Shown here in pieces: positions 38,183-47,849 of a stretch of DNA of 57,014 nt. This stretch comes from a virus. Lineage: Duplodnaviria > Caudoviricetes. The stretch covers positions 1-57,014 of the IMG/VR virus record IMGVR_UViG_3300005805_000106, one strand, 5' to 3'. The position numbers and the translations under genes were made by a program. Below the pieces are notes generated by a model. It was not told the origin of the DNA. It searched no databases and worked only from the letters and a program-made list of their open reading frames with translations. Position 1 is the stretch's first letter; each line of letters opens with the position of its first letter.

Positions 38183-40205
38183 TCAGGAGTGCTGCGACAG
38201 CGTCATACTAAATGCCTCACGGCATATTGTCGCCGATATATCGTCTAAAGAGTATATTGACCATATACGCGGGATGAGCGCGCGTGGCGCCAACTTAATC
38301 AACTATAAAGCGCTGTCTAGAAGAAATGGAAACACGCGCAGGAAAACTATCTCCTCTAGAGATAGCCAAATAATGTTCAAAGCTAATACCCTGCGTCAAA
38401 TAGCAAGCACAATTGGAAGCGTTTTGACACCCGGTGATTTGGGGCCGGTTCGTTCGCCCGTTCGCTCTGCCGGATATAGAGCTGTTACCCCGGGATTTGG
38501 CGGGGGGAGACGCGGTGGCTCACGTCCTGGTGAAAACAGAGCTCACAGGTGCCCAGAGGGGTACCAATACGGCGGAAGATTTACAGACAATAGGTTTTCT
38601 ACGTGCGGCCAACAGCTTTTTGCCATTCCGTCGGCACTTGGTGCAGCGATAGGCGCAGCCCGAAGGGCACTCACATCGGGATTGCCATCGCGAACATCTG
38701 GTCAAACTATAACTGGCGGAGTTGCACCAAGCGTACTTATTCAATCACGCGCACCGCAGATACCAAGAGTCGGAAATGAAAATGCAAATCTAAGGTCCTC
38801 GCGCGCTGTTTCTGCGGTTAAAGAAATGGGCCAATATGCAAAAACGTCAAACGAAAAAGTTCGCAGAATGATTAGAAAAGATGGTTTTGTTCTAGAGCCA
38901 GTGGTCCCCAACAGCGTATTGCGTGCAATACCCGATAACAGAGACATGGAGGGCGCATCGTTTTTGATGACGGCGCTTTCTCCAAAAGATATAGGCACGG
39001 ATGAACTTGGCTTGCTTTCCAATACTGGAGTTAAATCGCTTATATATGTTCTCCCCGGTGGCTCAACAATTACACTAGAAAAAGCACGGGCACTAGAAGT
39101 TGGTGAAAGACGAAAGCTGGGAAGAACCGTTGCGACGGCACAGCAGATACCAAACAGCTCCGACCCGACAATTCGTCTAAGAAATGTTGCCGAGGAAATA
39201 GGCGACGGCCTCTCCTATTCAGAAAATTTCATAGGCGTAAAAAATCCAAATGAAAAAGTCGGGAAAATGCCGAAATGGGCGAGTGTTCTGTGGGGAAACA
39301 GAAAAAACATAAAATCTCCTGGTGATGGCGTTGGAAGCGCCAGGCAAACAGAAACATTTTCATCTAGAAGAAAATTAATTACAAATATAGATGAAGCACT
39401 GCAGCACATATCAGAGGGCGGAAGTTTTGCCGACATCGAGCCGTCACTTCTTGCCCAAGTACTGCAGAGGTCAAACGAGATTCGCAAACAGCGTTTATCC
39501 GACAATATAACCGCAATAGTCTCCGGCCAATCAAAATTTTTTATGTATGACAGGCCAGCGAAGTACCAACACTTGGCGGAAAGATTTTCATCTGACGTAC
39601 AGCAGTTTCTTGGCCTTGAATCACCGGATGTAATTTTCCTTGGCAAGCCCGGGGATAAGAGAAAGTATCTTCGTCAGGACGTTGAGGGCGTAATACCTGG
39701 TTCAACGTTTAATCCAAACGCAAAATTCGAAGACATTTCACCCGATGATGTCGCAAGAATAATGATTGCCGACTTTCTCACTGACCAAAGAGAAAGGCCC
39801 ATGACGTCAATATACGCACTCGATACTCCAGATGGCATAAGGGGAACAGTTGCGGACAATACCTCATCTTCGCTAATTGATTTATCGAAAATAGAAATCA
39901 CAAAACGAACAAAGATGAATATTCGCGAGTTTTATACTGGTTCTATAACTCCGGATTACTCAAAATACTATCAGGCACTTAAGGCACAACAAAGAATCGC
40001 TTTCATTAGACTTATCAATCAGTTAATTCAAAAAGCAAGAACGTTCGACCCGTCTAGGCTTGCAAACGATTACGGCCGGTATGGGCTTTCTGATGGAGAA
40101 AGAATTCACCTAAATATTGTGACCAGGCTTATCGAGTCACGAATAGATATATTGCGCACGCAAAAAAACGTCCTTCGTTCAATCATTGGGGGAACAGGTG
40201 AATAA
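38172..40205 (+). CDS. Head-region protein with degenerate HipA/PI3-4-kinase-like C-terminal domain
   Basis: LAERFSSDVQQFLGLESP..IMIADFLTDQRERPMTSI..VADN resembles the kinase E..a....lGl..P / D.l.gn.DRH..N / iDnG scaffold. Confidence 0.5.
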   Translation: MAGNQECCDSVILNASRHIVADISSKEYIDHIRGMSARGANLINYKALSRRNGNTRRKTISSRDSQIMFKANTLRQIASTIGSVLTPGDLGPVRSPVRSAGYRAVTPGFGGGRRGGSRPGENRAHRCPEGYQYGGRFTDNRFSTCGQQLFAIPSALGAAIGAARRALTSGLPSRTSGQTITGGVAPSVLIQSRAPQIPRVGNENANLRSSRAVSAVKEMGQYAKTSNEKVRRMIRKDGFVLEPVVPNSVLRAIPDNRDMEGASFLMTALSPKDIGTDELGLLSNTGVKSLIYVLPGGSTITLEKARALEVGERRKLGRTVATAQQIPNSSDPTIRLRNVAEEIGDGLSYSENFIGVKNPNEKVGKMPKWASVLWGNRKNIKSPGDGVGSARQTETFSSRRKLITNIDEALQHISEGGSFADIEPSLLAQVLQRSNEIRKQRLSDNITAIVSGQSKFFMYDRPAKYQHLAERFSSDVQQFLGLESPDVIFLGKPGDKRKYLRQDVEGVIPGSTFNPNAKFEDISPDDVARIMIADFLTDQRERPMTSIYALDTPDGIRGTVADNTSSSLIDLSKIEITKRTKMNIREFYTGSITPDYSKYYQALKAQQRIAFIRLINQLIQKARTFDPSRLANDYGRYGLSDGERIHLNIVTRLIESRIDILRTQKNVLRSIIGGTGE

Positions 40206-40926
40206 GCAAATAGCAATAATTAAAGACGCCGTGCGCAATAGTCCGCATGTAATGATAGTCAAGGATGGCGACTCCACCATCTGCAAATCACTAACTACAT
40301 ATGGCGAATCACTATTATCGTCATGCTATAGGGATGGGGAAATAATTGAACAATTTCTCCCGGCTGGATTTGTGTCAACTGGATTCCATCAACTAACGCC
40401 AGCACTTGAGCAGGTTTCTGGAATCAAATTTAACGGCAATACAAAATCCCTCGATGACCACGAATTGCGAGCACCAGATAATTTTTATTCCGGGCAGCGA
40501 CTGCGCGACAGAAAAGTTCTGAAGAGCACAATGAAAAATCCCCCCAAAATGTCGGTTGTAGATATAAAAATCAATAGATACAGATTTTCCGACACAAAGA
40601 CATCGGCTGTCGCATTCAAGGCCGCGATGTTTAAAAAGCACATAAAGCAGAAAAAAATGCTGACGGAAATGAAGCAAAAATCAATGTCATTTAATCCAAG
40701 AAACAATACAATTGTTGCATCTAAGTCACTCGATGGCTTAAACGCAGTTGTATCAAATTTTATATCTCAATGGGGAACAGGAACAATACGGCGCGCCATG
40801 AAACAGAAAACTCTCAATAAATCAGCATCAACTTCCCGACGCGCTGCAAGAAGAGCAGAAGTTCTTGTACAAATATCAAGAGAAGAAAACGAAATAAAAT
40901 CAACAATCAGTAGATTTTTGTCCTAA
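40198..40926 (+). CDS. Hypothetical basic protein
   Basis: ORF in operon, GTG start overlapping the end of the upstream gene. Confidence 0.55.
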   Translation: MNKQIAIIKDAVRNSPHVMIVKDGDSTICKSLTTYGESLLSSCYRDGEIIEQFLPAGFVSTGFHQLTPALEQVSGIKFNGNTKSLDDHELRAPDNFYSGQRLRDRKVLKSTMKNPPKMSVVDIKINRYRFSDTKTSAVAFKAAMFKKHIKQKKMLTEMKQKSMSFNPRNNTIVASKSLDGLNAVVSNFISQWGTGTIRRAMKQKTLNKSASTSRRAARRAEVLVQISREENEIKSTISRFLS

Positions 40927-40936
40927 GGGGCCCGTA

Positions 40937-41671
40937 ATGAAAAAAGAACTTGTTACAAAACTGCAGGCGCTTCGGGCTGCTTCTGAAATTGGGTGTTCTG
41001 GCGCGCACAAAAACGACGACGGAAACTGGATGCCGTGTGCAAGCATGGAGGAGCTGGCGAGACTGTCAGATACAGCTGAGACATCAAAATGGAGGTCGGT
41101 TGTGCCCGGCTACTCTTCTAGCCGCACAAAGAAATCTGACAACACAGAAAGAACACAAATAGGGCGAATAAAAAAAAGAAAGCGCGACTGGGAAGACCTC
41201 GGCGAGAAGCCAATTATGGGAATTGAGTCAATACCTGGACCAAATGGTGGCTTAGTTTCGGGAAATCTTTTTGCAGGTAAGTCTGATACATATCAAGCAT
41301 CTCCCAATTCAGAAGAAACCCAAGAGCAGTCGGGCATTGAAAAAAAGAGCGTCGGGCCAGAATATGTAAGGGAAAACGATAAAGACGTTTTCATGGACCC
41401 CGAGTCAGCAAGGGCACGCTCTAGACAAATTGGCTGTATAGGAATAAGCAGAAGAGTTAGCAAAACTGGCCGCACTGTTTGGATGCCATGCACAAACATG
41501 AGCGATTATGCCAATAGAACCGGCTCAACATCACTCGGTAGAAGAAATTCAGAAAACAAGAAAAAGCGCGACATGGAGAAGGCAGTCCGCACGGTTCTTG
41601 TTGATAAAACTAAAAAACTATTTACCAGAAAAAAATCAATCGCCAGAGAGCTTATCGAGTCGCAATATTAA
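40937..41671 (+). CDS. Hypothetical protein with two IGCxG...WMPC repeats
   Basis: EIGCSGAHKNDDGNWMPCASM and QIGCIGISRRVSKTGRTVWMPCTNM. Confidence 0.65.
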   Translation: MKKELVTKLQALRAASEIGCSGAHKNDDGNWMPCASMEELARLSDTAETSKWRSVVPGYSSSRTKKSDNTERTQIGRIKKRKRDWEDLGEKPIMGIESIPGPNGGLVSGNLFAGKSDTYQASPNSEETQEQSGIEKKSVGPEYVRENDKDVFMDPESARARSRQIGCIGISRRVSKTGRTVWMPCTNMSDYANRTGSTSLGRRNSENKKKRDMEKAVRTVLVDKTKKLFTRKKSIARELIESQY

Positions 41672-41699
41672 TTGACTCACTATAATTATGAAATTGTAT

Positions 41700-41735
41700 T
41701 AGTTGCATAAATGTGCGTCAAGAATCTGTTATTTT
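41700..41735 (+). promoter_or_regulatory. Putative promoter TAGTTGCA-N22-TATTTT (TGn-extended) upstream of major capsid
   Basis: Third copy of the octamer with identical spacing. Confidence 0.55.
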
Positions 41736-41815
41736 TGACTACTAGGCAGGGCTGGGTGCTTACCTAAGCCACCAAAACAGCAACATCCAAAATTCAAAAA
41801 AACAGGAGAGTACCC

Positions 41816-43174
41816 ATGTCGGAAGACAAGGCCCGTATAGATGAGCTACAATCAGCTCTTCGTCAGAAGATGGCAGACAATAAGACCATCGCTGATTCAT
41901 TCAAGATTGAGGACGGCACAGTAGTCGTTTCCTCAGAGCAGAAGACAGCGTTCGACAAGAACATGCGTGACATCAAGGAAATCAAGTCACTGCTTTCAGA
42001 CCTTCAGGAGATGAGCGGTGTTGACTCTTGGTCATCACAGCCGGCCGGCGAGTCAGTCTCGTCAGCATATGCTGCTGCTGCCGCCGAGGCAACACAGCTG
42101 ACATCTCGTGAAATCAAGAGCATTGGCGCAATGTTCCTCGATTCACCAGAGTTCAAGTCACTTGCGAACGGCAAGAATGGCGCAAACATGGCCGCCCCGT
42201 GGCAGGCCGGCGTTTCGCTAACTGGCTACAACGTAAAGGACGTCTATTCAGCTCTGCCAACAACAGATGTCACCGGTAGCCGGCTCGGCTCGTTCGGCAC
42301 AGTTCAGCGCGACCCGATGGTAACGCCGCCAATGCGCACAAAGCGCGTTCGCGACCTCTTCCCGGTTCGCACCACAACTGCTGCTGTCATCGAGTACTTC
42401 CGTCAGCTCGGTTTCACCACGCTGCAGGCTGGTCATGGCACAAACTCGGCTTCTTCGGTTGCTGAGCGTAATGCCGGCAACACAGCGTTTGGCCTCAAGC
42501 CGCAGTCGTCCTTCGCCTTCGTTGGCGAGCAGGCGCCGGTACGCACCCTCGCGCACTGGGAGGCTGCACACCGGAACGTTCTTGCGGACGAGCCACAGCT
42601 ACGGTCAATCATCGACAACGAGCTCATGTACGGCCTACGCCTTCTTGAGGATAACCAAATCCTCAACGGCGACGGTGTCGGCGAGAACCTGCTCGGCGTT
42701 CTAAATACCCCGAACATTCAGGAGTATGCATGGTCGTCGGGTGCGGTTACCCCGGTTGCGGACACAAAGGCTGATGCTCTGCGTCGTGCCGCGACACTCT
42801 CATTCCTCGCGTACTACGAGCCGTCAGGCATCGTTCTGCACCCGAATGACTGGGAGGACATCGAGCTGACAAAGGACGAGAATGGCCAGTACCTCATCGC
42901 GGTTTCTGTCGCAATGGGTGGCGAGCCACGCGTCTGGAGAATGCCAATCGTCGACACGCCGGCAATGACCGAGGGCACGGCCCTGGTTGGTGCCTTCGGT
43001 ACCGGCGCACAGCTGTATGACCGCGAGCAGGCCAGCATCCGTATCTCTGAGCAGCACTCAGACTTCTTCATCAGGAACGCGATTGTCATCCTGGCCGAGC
43101 AGCGTCTCGCCCTGGCTGTCAAGCGCCCGGAGGCTTTCGTCAAGGTCGACTTCGACGAGGCTCCATCCGCCTGA
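41816..43174 (+). CDS. Major capsid protein (HK97 fold)
   Basis: Coiled-coil delta domain, VRDLFP, EDNQILNGDG, LHPNDW, LAEQRLALAVKRPEAFVK; AGGAG RBS; strongly biased codon usage. Confidence 0.95.
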   Translation: MSEDKARIDELQSALRQKMADNKTIADSFKIEDGTVVVSSEQKTAFDKNMRDIKEIKSLLSDLQEMSGVDSWSSQPAGESVSSAYAAAAAEATQLTSREIKSIGAMFLDSPEFKSLANGKNGANMAAPWQAGVSLTGYNVKDVYSALPTTDVTGSRLGSFGTVQRDPMVTPPMRTKRVRDLFPVRTTTAAVIEYFRQLGFTTLQAGHGTNSASSVAERNAGNTAFGLKPQSSFAFVGEQAPVRTLAHWEAAHRNVLADEPQLRSIIDNELMYGLRLLEDNQILNGDGVGENLLGVLNTPNIQEYAWSSGAVTPVADTKADALRRAATLSFLAYYEPSGIVLHPNDWEDIELTKDENGQYLIAVSVAMGGEPRVWRMPIVDTPAMTEGTALVGAFGTGAQLYDREQASIRISEQHSDFFIRNAIVILAEQRLALAVKRPEAFVKVDFDEAPSA

Positions 43175-43196
43175 TAGCTAAGAACGGCTAGGGCTC

Positions 43197-43246
43197 AGGC
43201 CCCCGTCTATCTCCACCATGGAGTGTGACGGGGGCCTTTGCCTTTT
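43197..43246 (+). terminator. Rho-independent terminator after the capsid gene
   Basis: 11-bp stem AGGCCCCCGTC/GACGGGGGCCT with inner CTCCA/TGGAG pairing, then TTGCCTTTT. Confidence 0.75.
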
Positions 43247-43296
43247 GCTGTAATATTTTTAAAGCGCACCATATGTGTTTAGTTTCGGAGAAGTAG

Positions 43297-44580
43297 ATGG
43301 CAACAAAAAAATGCCCACCGGCAACAACTGATGTTGCCGTAAATTTAAGAAACAGAGAAAAGGCGATAAAAACAGCCGCCTACGGCCCACTAAATCCAGC
43401 CGAGCCAAATGATGGATTTTGGGAAAAGAAAGCTGAACGCTGGGATGTTTCGACAAGCAGTGCAAAGAAATCAATATGCGGTAATTGTGCAGCTTTTATC
43501 AAAACCGAAAGAATGATTGGATGCATTAAGGGTGGTCTGGGAAACGAAGAGGGTGACAGTGCGTGGGATACGATAAAGGCAGGAGACCTGGGCTATTGCG
43601 AAGCATTCGATTTTAAGTGCGCCTCATCGAGAACCTGCGATGCGTGGATTACCGGCGGTCCAATCACGCAGGAGAAAGAAGAAAAGTCACTTGATGATGA
43701 GTTGCGTGATATGGAGATTCTGTCAATAAAAATCAAATCAGACGATGACGACGTCGAAACCGCATTTCAAAAGTTAATGGAAATATCGGAACTTGTTGAC
43801 GTAGAAGAGCAGCTTGCTCAAATAGCAGAGCAATCAATGGTGGAGCTCAAGTACGACGAAATGATGCCCATTTTTGATGAGTACTACAGTTCTGCGGTTC
43901 TAAACAAGGCCTACGGCGAGACTCTTATGGTCAAGGGCTCGAAAAAGCCAGTTCTGCGCGACCCCAAGGGCGGGCTAACTGCTGCTGGGCGTGCGTACTT
44001 CAAAAGAAAAGAAGGAGCAAACCTTAAGCCAGGAGTTCGCGGTCCCGCAAATACGCCGGAAAAAATGAGAAGAAAAGGTTCATTCCTAACTCGTTTTTTC
44101 ACAAACCCATCGGGACCGATGAAAGATGAAAAGGGACGAGCAACAAGACTCGCCCTTTCTGCTGCCGCATGGGGCGAACCGGTGCCGAAGAATATGGAAG
44201 ATGCTGCAAAGCTTGCCGCTAAAGGTCGCCGGCTACTCGAACGATATGGAAAAGCAAAAAAACAAAAGAAGTCAGAAGATTTTATTTCTATACGTAAAGA
44301 TATATTTTTCACAGGCGGATATATACCGAACGACATGGATGCCAAGGACCTTATGGGCATAGGCTCAATCCATGACCTGATAATCCAAAAGGAAGACGAC
44401 GAATTTTCCGAGGAGTTCTTTGTCAGAACCGCAATCAGAAAAAAGATGATGAACTATGCACCGTCAAGGTTAAGGGAAGATTCATACATACCAATTGATA
44501 GCGACCTGCGCATCAAGAGGATGAAGACAGCGGCGGCGCAGATGAAGAAGAGACGGAAAAAGAAGTTGCCTAGGGTTTAG
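43297..44580 (+). CDS. Head-region protein: Cys-rich domain plus DUF6321-like domain
   Basis: CGNCAAF..GYCEAFDFKCASSRTCDAW; DPKGGLTAAGRAYFKRKEGANLKPGV..RRKGSFLTRF. Confidence 0.6.
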   Translation: MATKKCPPATTDVAVNLRNREKAIKTAAYGPLNPAEPNDGFWEKKAERWDVSTSSAKKSICGNCAAFIKTERMIGCIKGGLGNEEGDSAWDTIKAGDLGYCEAFDFKCASSRTCDAWITGGPITQEKEEKSLDDELRDMEILSIKIKSDDDDVETAFQKLMEISELVDVEEQLAQIAEQSMVELKYDEMMPIFDEYYSSAVLNKAYGETLMVKGSKKPVLRDPKGGLTAAGRAYFKRKEGANLKPGVRGPANTPEKMRRKGSFLTRFFTNPSGPMKDEKGRATRLALSAAAWGEPVPKNMEDAAKLAAKGRRLLERYGKAKKQKKSEDFISIRKDIFFTGGYIPNDMDAKDLMGIGSIHDLIIQKEDDEFSEEFFVRTAIRKKMMNYAPSRLREDSYIPIDSDLRIKRMKTAAAQMKKRRKKKLPRV

Positions 44581-44757
44581 AAAAACAATGGGCTAACTGC
44601 CGACACAATACAGATATCCCTATTTCTTATTGATTTTCTGGCGTTAAAAAAAGCACTTCTGAACATATTTACCGATTTCCTCCACGGTCTAAACGAGCAT
44701 AAATTGTGGCACGTATATAAACCCGCGCCGTGCACCGTTTCCGTGCTGTACGTCACT

Positions 44758-44833
44758 TGGCGCCCTGGGTAGGACTCGAACCTACAACCCACAGATTAGA
44801 AGTCTGTTGCTCTATCCATTGAGCCACCAGGGC
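44758..44833 (-). tRNA. tRNA-Arg(UCU)
   Basis: GCCCTGG acceptor stem, TGGCTCAATGGATAGAGC D-arm, anticodon loop CTTCTAA, GGTTCGAGTCC T-arm, encoded CCA; 76 nt. Confidence 0.95.
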
Positions 44834-44841
44834 TGGCAGGA

Positions 44842-46767
44842 TTACTTTACAGGGCAAGCCCCAGTAGCGCAATCATCAAGACTGAGCTCGCCAGAAAATG
44901 TGGACTGCACCAAGGGGACGGTGAAGTCGATTTTTGCTACCGTCTTCTCATAAACCTCTTTTGTTATCTCCTCGTACGGGGGGAGAACAAAGTTGTGGTC
45001 ACTGTGGAGAAGGAAAGACACAGACTTAACGCCTTTGTCGTAGTTCTTTGAGAGCCATTCCTTGATGCTGTCAAGCTCGTCTTTTCTGTAATAAACAGTT
45101 ACAGACACGGCATTGTCGGCCCACTCCGTCTGCATCTTCTTGACCCACTCAAGCTGTTCTACGGCGGTCATCTGCGATGCCAGAATTGACCCGTCCGGAG
45201 ACATGCAGGGGAACTCGACCACGTAACGCGAATGGTCCTCTCGGCCGTCTATGCCTATATCCCACACAACCTTGTAGCCCCTCTTCCTGCAGGCGTCAAC
45301 CAGGGGGTCGTTAGAGCCGAATCTGACCCGACGTATATAGTAAGGGGCGTATGCAGGGTGAATACCCGGAGTAACGCCAGGAAGCAGAGAGAGTGTTCCG
45401 GACGGCTGAACGGTGGTAATCCGAACAGACTGCGGGAATCCCATCTTCTCGCTATATTCCTTGTCGAAGTCGCGGAGATACTCGTATGTCTGACCCAGCC
45501 AGGCAAGCTGGCGCTCAGAAGACTGCAGTACGCCAGTGATGCTCTGACCAAGGCGGGCATTCTGTCTGACAATCGATGTTGTCTTTTCGTACGGGTATGG
45601 AAGCCTGGTGATGTGCTTCTGGGTCATATATAGCAAACGAGAGATGGACAGCAGTTGCTTGAGGGACTCGACGTTGGGCAAAAATATCGTTGCAAGGTTG
45701 CACGATTCACCGTCGGCTAGCGCAATCTCGGCACAGGGGTTAAAACCCTCGATTGATGGGTCTGGTCTCTTTTCGCCAAGACGGCCATATGTGCGGGCTA
45801 GTTTCCTGTTCACGAGCCCGTATGGTTCGCCCGAGCCGTCGTAGCCGCGCCACAGTTCGGTCGGAAGCTCATCGAACCCATCGGCGTAAATCGAGTTATT
45901 GCTGTTTGCCCTCCAGCCTGGAATGGAGCCAGTAGACCAGTTCTTTGCCCGAAGGAACAAAACATCATCGGGGTCGCCCATCGCTATTTGTGCCGACCGC
46001 CTAGACGAGCCGGAAACAACAATGCGACCAATAATGTTGCAAATATCCAAAACATCAACTGACCTCAGTTTCTTTCCGACACGGTTATCCATTACTTTGC
46101 AGATATCAGCTATGCCGTCGATTAAAGCTCCAGGCCCAGAGGCGGTGCCCCCGAAGGACTTGAGTGGAGCACCGTATTCACGGATGAGTATCGTGGAGTA
46201 ACTAAATGACTTGCCGGTGTCGAAGTATGACTTGAGCACGCTATGGAGTAGTCGACGCCAGCCCTGACGCGAGTCCGGCACGATTATGTCAGCATCGTTT
46301 GTGCGTTCATGTGTAATTGTCACCCCAGCCTTGACCTTCGGAAGGTCGTGAATTTTTGCGCGCTCTACGGAAAATCCAACGCCCCCACCAAGCATGAGGT
46401 AGTCGAAAAGAAACTCAAAGTCCTCAACTTTTTCAATGTTTGTGAAGTAACAGTTGTTCAGTGACGCTCCGCCAAATTTCTGCACCATTGGGGTGCCGAG
46501 CTGCCATAGCGCTCTACCACTCATTGAGCAACGCAGGTTATACATGTGGTCAAAAAGCTCTTCGGCCTCGCTCTGCGTGTACGGGACACCAATCTCGACA
46601 GCCCCATTTATGACCCGCTGAACAGTTTCGCCCCATGTCTCAATGGTGCCATTGTCTTTTGTTCTGCTATATGTACGCAGGAATACTATTTCTCCCATCC
46701 CGTTAAAACCCCACGGGATTGGGCGCTGGGCGTAATTTGAAACAAACGAGTCACTAATCATGTTCAC
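44842..46767 (-). CDS. nrdJ: Class II (B12-dependent, monomeric RTPR-type) ribonucleotide reductase
   Basis: SLNNCYF, GGGVGFSV, RRSAQIA, FNPCAEI, TTVQPSGTLSLL, C-terminal CATGACP. Confidence 0.93.
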   Translation of the reverse strand: MNMISDSFVSNYAQRPIPWGFNGMGEIVFLRTYSRTKDNGTIETWGETVQRVINGAVEIGVPYTQSEAEELFDHMYNLRCSMSGRALWQLGTPMVQKFGGASLNNCYFTNIEKVEDFEFLFDYLMLGGGVGFSVERAKIHDLPKVKAGVTITHERTNDADIIVPDSRQGWRRLLHSVLKSYFDTGKSFSYSTILIREYGAPLKSFGGTASGPGALIDGIADICKVMDNRVGKKLRSVDVLDICNIIGRIVVSGSSRRSAQIAMGDPDDVLFLRAKNWSTGSIPGWRANSNNSIYADGFDELPTELWRGYDGSGEPYGLVNRKLARTYGRLGEKRPDPSIEGFNPCAEIALADGESCNLATIFLPNVESLKQLLSISRLLYMTQKHITRLPYPYEKTTSIVRQNARLGQSITGVLQSSERQLAWLGQTYEYLRDFDKEYSEKMGFPQSVRITTVQPSGTLSLLPGVTPGIHPAYAPYYIRRVRFGSNDPLVDACRKRGYKVVWDIGIDGREDHSRYVVEFPCMSPDGSILASQMTAVEQLEWVKKMQTEWADNAVSVTVYYRKDELDSIKEWLSKNYDKGVKSVSFLLHSDHNFVLPPYEEITKEVYEKTVAKIDFTVPLVQSTFSGELSLDDCATGACPVK

Positions 46768-46878
46768 TTTTTCTTATCCTTGGGTGCTTGAATGGAGTGG
46801 CGATAATACCTGGAGACACGAGTTTAACCCATACGAGAATACTGAAAAAGTCGAGACCTGTTTGAATTTATTTGTTGG

Positions 46879-47214
46879 TTAGATGAGGCCCAGTTCTTTT
46901 GCAACCGCAAACGGAATATGTTTGCCTTTCCTGTGGATAAGCACCTTGGTCCTCAATCCCGCTACAAGCTCGCGCTCCTCATAATAATCTTCTTCAAGAT
47001 AGAAGGTTGTTTTTTCATCCAGGGTCGAGTTTGTGTTAAATCCAAAAACGGTAGTTGGTGGGCCAGTCGTGCCAGTGCAGTCGCCGGTTGGGTGCCCGCA
47101 AACTGGACATGGATTTCTTGTCGCACGAAGAAATTCAACGCCCTTAGAATCAACAAATTTTTCTGGAGGGTTAAAACCAGGGCTGTCGTAAAAAGGCATA
47201 TAAAATAATACCAC
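46879..47214 (-). CDS. Hypothetical protein with CxxCxH...C motif
   Basis: PCPVCGHPTGDC; the true start may be the MPFYD ATG. Confidence 0.6.
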   Translation of the reverse strand: MVLFYMPFYDSPGFNPPEKFVDSKGVEFLRATRNPCPVCGHPTGDCTGTTGPPTTVFGFNTNSTLDEKTTFYLEEDYYEERELVAGLRTKVLIHRKGKHIPFAVAKELGLI

Positions 47215-47849
47215 TAAGCGAATTCTTGCATCAGAAATCCCATACCATAAATGGCATCCCTGGCTTCGCTGAAGGACGTGTCAGACGCATCCCCGGATGG
47301 CGGTTCCATCAGCGATTTGCGCAGCATCGATGGGTAACGGGCTTGACGAATAAATTCCTCAGCCCGCTCGGGGTAGACAAGAGAATCGAGCCACTGAACC
47401 GTCCTGCCAGCCATCACCTTGTAGGGGGCCGCAACCATCGACACCGGACCAACCCCGCCTGGGGTTTGTATTGACGCGTGGTTTATGGCTATGCACTCCA
47501 GGACTGGCATTTCGGAATTTGTAAAAGCCTCAGCCAACTCAAGCCCCTTAGTTTTGTTTTCGTCAAGGGAACAATAGGCCTCGGATACCATTGTTACCGC
47601 ATCTATCCACCACATGGACCTGAGCGTGGAGCAAAGCTCATAGCTAGCAACGAGTTTTTCATCGTGTGTTTTTTTTGAAAGTTCATCATTCATTTGACAA
47701 ATTACGACTAAGGAATCCTCAATCCACCCAAGAAAGTGAATATAGAGGTCTTCGCCCGGCCCGTGTTCCTTGACTGCATCGTCTTTTGCCATCTGGGCAG
47801 ACGTCAGGGCGAGCGCCATTTTGCTTATGTCGTCAAAATATCCATCCAC
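47214..47849 (-). CDS. Hypothetical protein
   Basis: 211 aa; TAGTAT -10 element 7 nt before the GTG. Confidence 0.6.
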   Translation of the reverse strand: MDGYFDDISKMALALTSAQMAKDDAVKEHGPGEDLYIHFLGWIEDSLVVICQMNDELSKKTHDEKLVASYELCSTLRSMWWIDAVTMVSEAYCSLDENKTKGLELAEAFTNSEMPVLECIAINHASIQTPGGVGPVSMVAAPYKVMAGRTVQWLDSLVYPERAEEFIRQARYPSMLRKSLMEPPSGDASDTSFSEARDAIYGMGFLMQEFA

